The position numbers and the translations under genes are program-made. Shown here piece by piece: positions 46,956-64,000 of a stretch of 64,000 nt of DNA. Position 1 is the stretch's first letter. Every line of letters begins with the position of its first letter. The stretch is from the human T2T-CHM13v2.0 reference genome, Homo sapiens. The notes under the pieces were generated by a model that saw only the letters and a program-made list of their open reading frames with translations, did not search any database and was not told the DNA's origin. Where the stretch lies: NCBI RefSeq assembly GCF_009914755.1, contig NC_060941.1. One strand, written 5' to 3'.

Positions 46956-47811
46956 CTGAAATAGAAAAAGAGCTTCTTAAAGCAAATCAACCAAGAAACA
47001 AAATTTCATCATTTACAACAAAGAATTAGTAGGTCTAGCAATTTCCAACTCTCGGTCACTTAGACGTGATTTCCTTTAAGCCTTTCTTCTTAGGCCAGAG
47101 GAAGAGGTTGGTAAAGAATTCTCTAGGATTGGTAGAATTCTTTGTATCCTCAATACCTAACACAAAAAAGTCTGTTTTATGTTGCAATAGTTGAGGCTGA
47201 CATGAAGAAATGAGGCAGACAGGTGGTGATATTTTAGACACAGGACAAATAAAAACAGCTGCTATGAATCTACCCACCACATGGGCACCACCTGAAACAG
47301 CTGTATGAAACAACAAAACTCACTTGAAATAACGGAGACTGGAGACCCTGCCACCGTTAGGGCTGGGTACCTCCAGCTAGCCCCTTATTTAGATCCAGAG
47401 ACCCTTTTTATTATAAGCCATTCCCCTCTCGACAGTTTCCAGCTTGCTTTCCCCATTCCTGTTTCTTCACTAAACGGACCTTCCTCTCACTAGTCACCAT
47501 GGTACCACCTGGCCATTGGCAGAGCTCTCGGACACATTTCTTGGGTGGGAGGCTCCCGCAACCCTAACCCGCTATAGGTCCGGCGCTCATCTCTTAGAAA
47601 CTGACCTGACCCCCCATGAAGCAGCACTCCCTTCTCGCGTCACTGGATAAGCATTCTTGGCGCCAACTCGAACCCCAGAGTAATCCCTGTACGCCTCCAC
47701 CCATCCCCGGGACCAGCCCCTCTGGGCCTCCCCGAGGCCCAAACCCCAGTTTCCTGAAGACCCAGTCATATCCAGCCCAGATAATGAGAAGGTGGCACTG
47801 CAGCTGCTCAC

Positions 47812-47904
47812 CACGGCGGCGGTGGTGAGGACGCAGGCAGTGGTGTAGGCGCGGCTGACCGGTGGGATCTGCAGGTACTCCAGCCGCAAGCTCTGGTACG
47901 CCAT
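47812..47904 (-). CDS. DERL2: DERL2 (Derlin-2, ERAD rhomboid pseudoprotease) exon 1
   Basis: [31 protein letters not shown]|GTGAG; strong Kozak aagATGG. Confidence 0.97.
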
Positions 47905-48374
47905 CTTCCCCACCGTCGCCTGCCCCACCCCCCACCCACCCCATTTCCCCTTCCGCCAGCAGGCCCCGGCGGCGGGGCGGGCCCAAAGGCCCCCCGCCCA
48001 CTTTAGTTTTCCCGCGACTGCCCAATCAACGCCAAGCAACCGCAATCCGTAGAGACCTAAGGAAAGCACATCCGCCAATCACGAGTTGCGTCGCCACCGC
48101 CCCCCCCCCAGCGCCCCATCTCCCCACCCTCTCTTCTCCACCAGCCAACGTCCGGGAAAAACGAGTAAGTACAGGTTCCTTCTGCCAATCCCCGCCGGCC
48201 ACAGCTAACTTTCCCGCCCGGCCCCTTTCTGTCATAATTGAGGTGTCCACAACCAGCCAATCAGGAACGCGAGAGTATCCCGCGTTTGCTTTCGCTCGCC
48301 GAGGCGCGTATCAGTCGGAATTTTGGGGAGCCAACCGCGCCGTCTGTCCCTGGCAAGCCAGCGGCGGTTTAAAG

Positions 48375-50333
<1,959 letters not shown>

Positions 50334-50605
50334 GTAAGGGAAGTGAACAACGAGGAGGGGAAAAGGGAGGGTATAGGCTGATGGAAGGAGCCTCAGAGAG
50401 GCAAGAGTTTATATCCTGTTGTGGGAGTGGCATCAGGTATAAAGGAACACAAACTCCTTATTTTTTATTGATTTGCTTCTTTGTTTGCTATCTGTAATGT
50501 GATTGGTTACTTCCTGCAGAAGATTTTTTTTTTCCAAATGAATTATTTCCTTTTTACATTTGCAGGTTTTTCACGACTGAAAATAACATAGCAAAATAAG
50601 CCAAG

Positions 50606-51223
50606 ATGTCTGTGGATCCAATGACCTACGAGGCCCAGTTCTTTGGCTTCACGCCACAAACGTGCATGCTTCGGATCTACATTGCATTTCAAGACTACCT
50701 ATTTGAAGTGATGCAGGCCGTTGAACAGGTTATTCTGAAGAAGCTGGATGGCATCCCAGACTGTGACATTAGCCCAGTGCAGATTCGCAAATGCACAGAG
50801 AAGTTTCTTTGCTTCATGAAAGGACATTTTGATAACCTTTTTAGCAAAATGGAGCAACTGTTTTTGCAGCTGATTTTACGTATTCCCTCAAACATCTTGC
50901 TTCCTGAAGATAAATGTAAGGAGACACCTTATAGTGAGGAAGATTTTCAGCATCTCCAGAAAGAAATTGAACAGTTACAGGAGAAGTACAAGACTGAATT
51001 ATGTACTAAGCAGGCCCTTCTTGCAGAATTAGAAGAGCAAAAAATTGTTCAGGCCAAACTCAAACAGACGTTGACTTTCTTTGATGAGCTTCATAATGTT
51101 GGCAGAGATCATGGGACTAGTGATTTTAGGGAGAGTTTAGTATCCCTGGTTCAGAACTCCAGAAAACTACAGAACATTAGAGACAATGTGGAAAAGGAAT
51201 CGAAACGACTGAAAATATCTTAA
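50606..51223 (+). CDS. MIS12: Kinetochore protein MIS12, single coding exon, 205 aa
   Basis: [25 protein letters not shown]...KRLKIS. Confidence 0.98.
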
Positions 51224-51265
51224 TTGCTCAGTAGTCAAAAGGAGGAGCCTGTCAAAAAGTAGAAT

Positions 51266-51322
51266 CATAAGGACTGTTCAAACCATAAGGACTGTTCAAA
51301 TCATACCAGTGACTGTTCAAAC
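51266..51322. repeat. 18-bp tandem repeat, about 3 copies, in MIS12 3' UTR
   Basis: cataaggactgttcaaa(c/t) x2 plus a degenerate third copy. Confidence 0.85.
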
Positions 51323-52537
51323 CAACCATACTTTTTATTAGATTTGCTTTGTCAACTCTTTCTTGTATTCTGTGTTTTCCTCTTTTTTGGTCCACTTTGC
51401 TGAGGTATGAAGTGTACTACTTTGAACTAGGCTGAAGCATCTGAGTCTTCTAATAAGTGGGAAGGGATCCAACAAAGAAGCCATGACCAGTTAAAGATAT
51501 TTGCAGAGTTACACCTTGGTCATAAGTCCTTTGTGACCTTGATTATTTTGGCTTACTCTTTGGATGAGACCAGACAAGAAAAGGATTAAACGGGTGGCTC
51601 CTTTAATATTATTATTATTGTTTTTGAGACAAGGTCCCTTTCTGTCACCCAGGTTAGAGTAGATTTCAGTGGCACAATCTTGGCTCACTGCAACCTCTGT
51701 GTCCTGGGCTCAAGTGATCCTCCTGCCTCAGCCTCCCAAGTAGCTAGGACCACAGGTGCGTGTCACCATGCTTGGCTAATTTTTTTGCAGAAACGAGGCC
51801 TCACTATATTGTCCAGGCTGAGTGGCTCTTTTATTAACCAGTCATTACACTGCGGAACAGCCAACATAGAGTACTTGCTCTCGCCCTGTGAATTTTCTTT
51901 CATGAGGGAGTCAATATGTAGTGGAAAGAAGCATGTAGCAAAAAAGACAACCTTGATCTTTAATAAAAAAGAAGTTGGTTTATTTCCAAAATAAATCCCC
52001 TGACAAAAAACCTGGTGATGTTAAGCAATTGACTGTCTTAGAGTCCAGCAGAAGACCTTAGACAAAAAAAGCAGAACCCACTGGAGTAGAAAAGGAAGCA
52101 TGTAGCATATACTCAGTAGTGAAATTTAATTTTACTGACTGTTAGGTATCTATGCCAATTTGTTTTCATACTTCAGTTGGTTTTGGAATCTGCCTTATAC
52201 CTAATATTTAATTATTTATTCACACTCATAAGCATCAAATATTTAATGCCCTCAGTGGGAAATTTGTGTTTAAACTCAATGGAATCTAATATTTCTTTAT
52301 GTCGTTAGTCCCTGTAAAATGTTAGGTCACCCAAGGAAAGGGGAGAAATAGCAATGGTTGTTCCTAAGGTATTGCTTGCCCTCCATGTCTTCCTAAAGAG
52401 CAGAACTTGGAGTTTCTCCTTTATGTAGAGAAGAAGTAACTTAGGGTGTATTTGCAATGAAATATTCATAGATATTGAAAGCTTGTGTTTACATGAAATA
52501 TGTTTATTATCAAGAATTCCTTTTTCCAATTCTGTAC

Positions 52538-52543
52538 ATTAAA
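52538..52543 (+). terminator. MIS12: Candidate MIS12 poly(A) signal ATTAAA followed by a GU/U-rich element
   Basis: attaaa then gggtttggttttttatttt; upstream AATAAA at 51962 and 51989. Confidence 0.6.
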
Positions 52544-52675
52544 TATATGTGTTTTAAAGGGTTTGGTTTTTTATTTTCTGCTGTCTATAATGCCATGGTA
52601 TATTTCTTTCCAGTATGACTTTTTACTCAACTGAAAACACTATCTTTTTCACATTTATAGCTTATTCAGAATCTA

Positions 52676-53365
<690 letters not shown>

Positions 53366-53689
53366 TACCTATTAGTAGGCATGTTAGTGAAATCAGAATA
53401 TTGAGATGTTCATGAGGATATAAGCTATCTATTAAGGAAACTACTGCTGAGGCCTTGACATTATTATATGCAGTAATATGGTTCATCTTAATACAGTTAA
53501 GTATGGTCATGACCTGGATAGAAGGGTGAAATCCAGTGTTTGAACTCGGGTCCATTTTGTGTTGAGTACATGCTTAATAATTGCTGGACATTACTGTTGC
53601 TGTTTGTTATGGTGGTGTCTCTGCAGAAATAATATAGTTGACCCTATCATCCTCTAAAAAGTAAATTCTCCCTTCAGAAATTTATGACT

Positions 53690-57490
<3,801 letters not shown>

Positions 57491-57801
57491 GTAAAAATAA
57501 GAATACACACTCCAGAAACAATGCCTGGGTTCAAAATCTTGCTCCATTGCTGTGACCTTGGGCAAATCATTTCACCTATGCCTGTTTCCTCATCTGCCAA
57601 ATGGGAAGAATAATAGAACCTACCTCATAGGGTTGTGAGAATTCAATGAACTCACACTAAATAAAACACTAAGCCGCCACATGTTTAAATTCTATCATTA
57701 ACAAAGTGAGCTCCATGAAGGCAAGGGTTGTCTCTGTTTTGCTGATAATTATCTCCAGTGCTTGGACTCTAACAAGCAATGACATAGTTAAAAAATTAAT
57801 C

Positions 57802-60585
<2,784 letters not shown>

Positions 60586-61186
60586 GGAGACCTAATTTTG
60601 GGAAATAGTGCCACCGATTGCTGTGGGGGAATTGTTGTAGTAAAGTGTGATTGTAAAGCACAGGCTGACATTGGGGAACCGTGGATGTCATACTTGTGGC
60701 ACCGAAACAAGTGTCCGGGGGCAAGATATCAAGGCACAGAGTGATATGGGATTATGGGAAGTCAGAACTGAGAAATGGCAAGGCCCTGATATTGGAAAAC
60801 AGGGCGTTTGTAAAGACCCAGGGGGAAAATTCCAGAGCTTAGCTGGGGGGCCGTACTCGGTCTTCAAAATGGAGGCAAGTGGAAACGAAATACTGAGGGG
60901 CAGTAGGTAATGCCACAATGGGATAGTGGCTGATCTGCCATAAGGGATGGTAGACTCGGATACTGGCATGTTGTGAGGACCTGACGTGGAGAAAGATGCC
61001 ATTGAAGGGCCTTGTAGCTATTTAGTGGAGGGAGAGGCTATATTTTGGAATGCTGGGTCACAGGATTAAGTCTGTTTTGGAGGGACAGTGGGGATGCTGT
61101 GGAGCAGACTAGGAAGTTTGGCAGAAGAAGTTAGAAGAGTTGGAAATTAATGGAGAACTGAATATAGAGGAGACTGAAAAAGATAA

Positions 61187-61192
61187 TTTATT
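61187..61192 (-). terminator. AATAAA for the LOC728392-region transcript
   Basis: tttatt on plus, downstream of the CpG-island unit. Confidence 0.6.
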
Positions 61193-61539
61193 CCATCAGA
61201 GGCATCACAATTACAGATTACAGACATTTGCAAGTAAATAATATGCAGGGTTAGAGCGCTGCGTTTTAACATTTAACATTCATGAGTAAACAGAGATGGC
61301 CGGTGGGTAAATATCTTGCCAAGGTGGTTCCTGGTATTAAGCCTTTTGAGTCTAAGATGACAAATCCCTAGGGGTCAGGTGGTTTTCCCGCACGAACTCT
61401 TGTCAATGAGAAATCCCTCAGCCCCTTTTGTCTTGGGTCTCACAGCTCCAGAAGTGAGCCGGGCCAGAACGAAGCCATCCTAGAGTCCCCAAGGACAGCC
61501 CTCCCGTGGACCCCGGCTAGGGCCCCCAGAGTCTCATCC

Positions 61540-62060
61540 TCAGGAGTGCGCCAGCTCTGGGCCTGCGTGCCGGCGGGGTCTGCAGCCACAGGTCCCGCGA
61601 GTCCCGGACACTTCCAGGACGTGGTCTCCTGGTGAGACAGCTCCTCCGGGTACCAGTCTCGACTCCTCCGGGCAGCGACAACAAAGTCTAAGGCAGGAAA
61701 AACACACAGTCGTGGTCAGCCGGAGCCCCTGGGGGCGCAGCAGGACACCCCGACGAACGCCACTTACCGAGTCCCGCCCTCCAGCTTCGCCTGCTGCGCG
61801 CTCTTGTCCTCTCTCGGCCGCGCCAACTCTGGGGCACAGCTGGCTCCTCCTGGGGGCGATGCAGCATCACAGGGCTCCGGCCCACCCCGGGCCAGGGCGC
61901 CGACCCTCCCTGCCGGACCCTCTCTAGAAGGCCGCGGGTCTGGGTCTGGCTCATCCCTTAAAGATTCCAAGATTGGGCGCACTCTGAGCTCCCCAAACAC
62001 AAAATGATGGGATCCCTGCGCGTGCCCCCACGTCACAGAGTGGTAGGGGTCCAGGGGCAT
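61540..62060 (-). CDS. Putative spliced ORF2 of the LOC728392-region transcript (exons 61768-62060 and 61540-61687, ~146 aa); translation doubtful
   Basis: Strong donor CG|GTAAGT and acceptor ccttag|; the 80-nt intron joins in frame to LCCRCPEES...ELAHS*. Confidence 0.3.
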
Positions 62061-62333
62061 TCTAATTATAAACGGGGCTCAATCACACCCCAAAATTCTA
62101 AACGCCTCCACCCCTAACCTGCAGGTGCAAACAGCACCCCTATTTCATTGCCGGCAGCTACTTTGTACTTTCGTACTGATAGACAAAGATAGTGACAACA
62201 AAGACGGAAAGAAACAAGCATCGAAAGCTACATGAAGGGGGTGCAGCGCTGTTCTAAAACACAAAATGCCGAGCCCCGTTTTCCCTTTCCCTCCCCGCTC
62301 GGTCCTGCGCCCACCCCGTCCCGCGCTGGCCAC

Positions 62334-63071
<738 letters not shown>

Positions 63072-63123
63072 TCAGCTGCGTGGGGAGCTTCCCCAGGGCA
63101 TATTTCTCCTTTTAAAAGAAATA

Positions 63124-63129
63124 TTTATT
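63124..63129 (-). terminator. NLRP1: AATAAA of the NLRP1 alternative terminal exon
   Basis: tttatt on plus, ~420 nt past the stop. Confidence 0.7.
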
Positions 63130-63550
63130 GTGTGGTCTGTTTTAAATTTTAATCTTAATGCGTGAAAAAGCTAACACATCATCTTTGTAGAAAACTAGAA
63201 ATTGAGAAAACAGTGTAGGCAAAATCAGTAGTAAAATAAAGCCTCCCACAATCCCAAGGTCCAGAGATAATACAGCTCAAGAATTGGTGCATTTCTCTGC
63301 CTTCTTCCTTTTTTTTCTCTGTCTCTCCATCTGCATCTGTATGTGTACAACCTGTTTTCTCTTCTTGCTCTTCACCCACAAAAGCAGGCATCCAGCCTTT
63401 TGAGCATCTCGCATATGATTAAGAACAAATCCTTCAAAGACCTGCCTCACCTAAGCCCATTTCTCAGACCCACCTGCGGTCTACTCAGGCCTCCTTGTCA
63501 TCCACCAAGCCCTCTCTGGCTTCATTGGTACTGCCGCAGGCTGCTGGGCA

Positions 63551-63609
63551 CTAGTATCTCCTGGCGTCTCTGTTGCACCTGAGGTTCCACGGCTGGCTGG
63601 TGTTCCTTC
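63551..63609 (-). CDS. NLRP1: NLRP1 alternative terminal coding exon (CARD-less isoform C-terminus)
   Basis: ccattccag|GA AGG AAC ACC AGC CAG CCG TGG... gives (G)RNTSQPWNLRCNRDARRY*, matching my recollection of an NLRP1 short-isoform C-terminus. Confidence 0.8.
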
Positions 63610-64000
63610 CTGGAATGGAGGGAGAACAATCACTTGGATTTATTTGAGTCCCAGTAGATTGGAGAGGTCCACTGGCCGGCTTTGTTAGTTGCAGCAAATC
63701 CAACTCAAACTGCCATCAGAGAACTCCCTGCCTCCTGCAAGTGAAAGGCCCCGGGGTCAACCAAGGCCAGGATGCTGAAACGCTGTAACCAGGGTGCTGT
63801 TCCTCTCTATCCTACAGCGTTGCCAGGGACTTCTTGCATGGCCAGAGCCTACTAGGTAGTGGTAGGTACTCAGGTTTTTGCTGAATGAATGATGCAGTGA
63901 ATAACGGCAGCAGCAAACTCTGGTTCTCACAGCTTAACCACCTCAGCTAAAAGGGCTTCCAGTTGGCTGGATGAGGAGAAGATGGAACCCTCATCCGTGA

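Overview
Human genomic DNA, Alu-dense. I recognise the gene order as chr17p13.2. From left to right: C1QBP exon 1 and promoter (minus); the complete DHX33 gene (minus, 12 coding exons, hand-spliced to 2124 nt / 707 aa, carrying Cys118 where I recall Arg in the reference); the complete DERL2 gene (minus, 7 exons, 720 nt / 239 aa, two consecutive U12-type introns); a DERL2/MIS12 bidirectional CpG-island promoter; MIS12 (plus, single coding exon, 205 aa); a CpG-island transcription unit (LOC728392 region, minus); and the alternative CARD-less terminal exon of NLRP1 (minus). The best lead for under-described biology is the LOC728392 unit. It has an RFX X-box promoter, a 119-aa ORF predicted to encode a tail-anchored membrane microprotein, and a downstream 80-nt intron that both creates a second spliced ORF and would make ORF1 an NMD target. 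It also sits directly behind the NLRP1 short-isoform poly(A) signal. Other oddities are a triplicated DHX33 exon-3 splice donor, a 5'-truncated ERV1 with an env remnant and an 8-bp flanking duplication in DHX33 intron 1, and ERSE plus CHR motifs sharing one promoter. Gene names, repeat subfamilies and orthologies are from recall, not database searches. Repeat boundaries are approximate.
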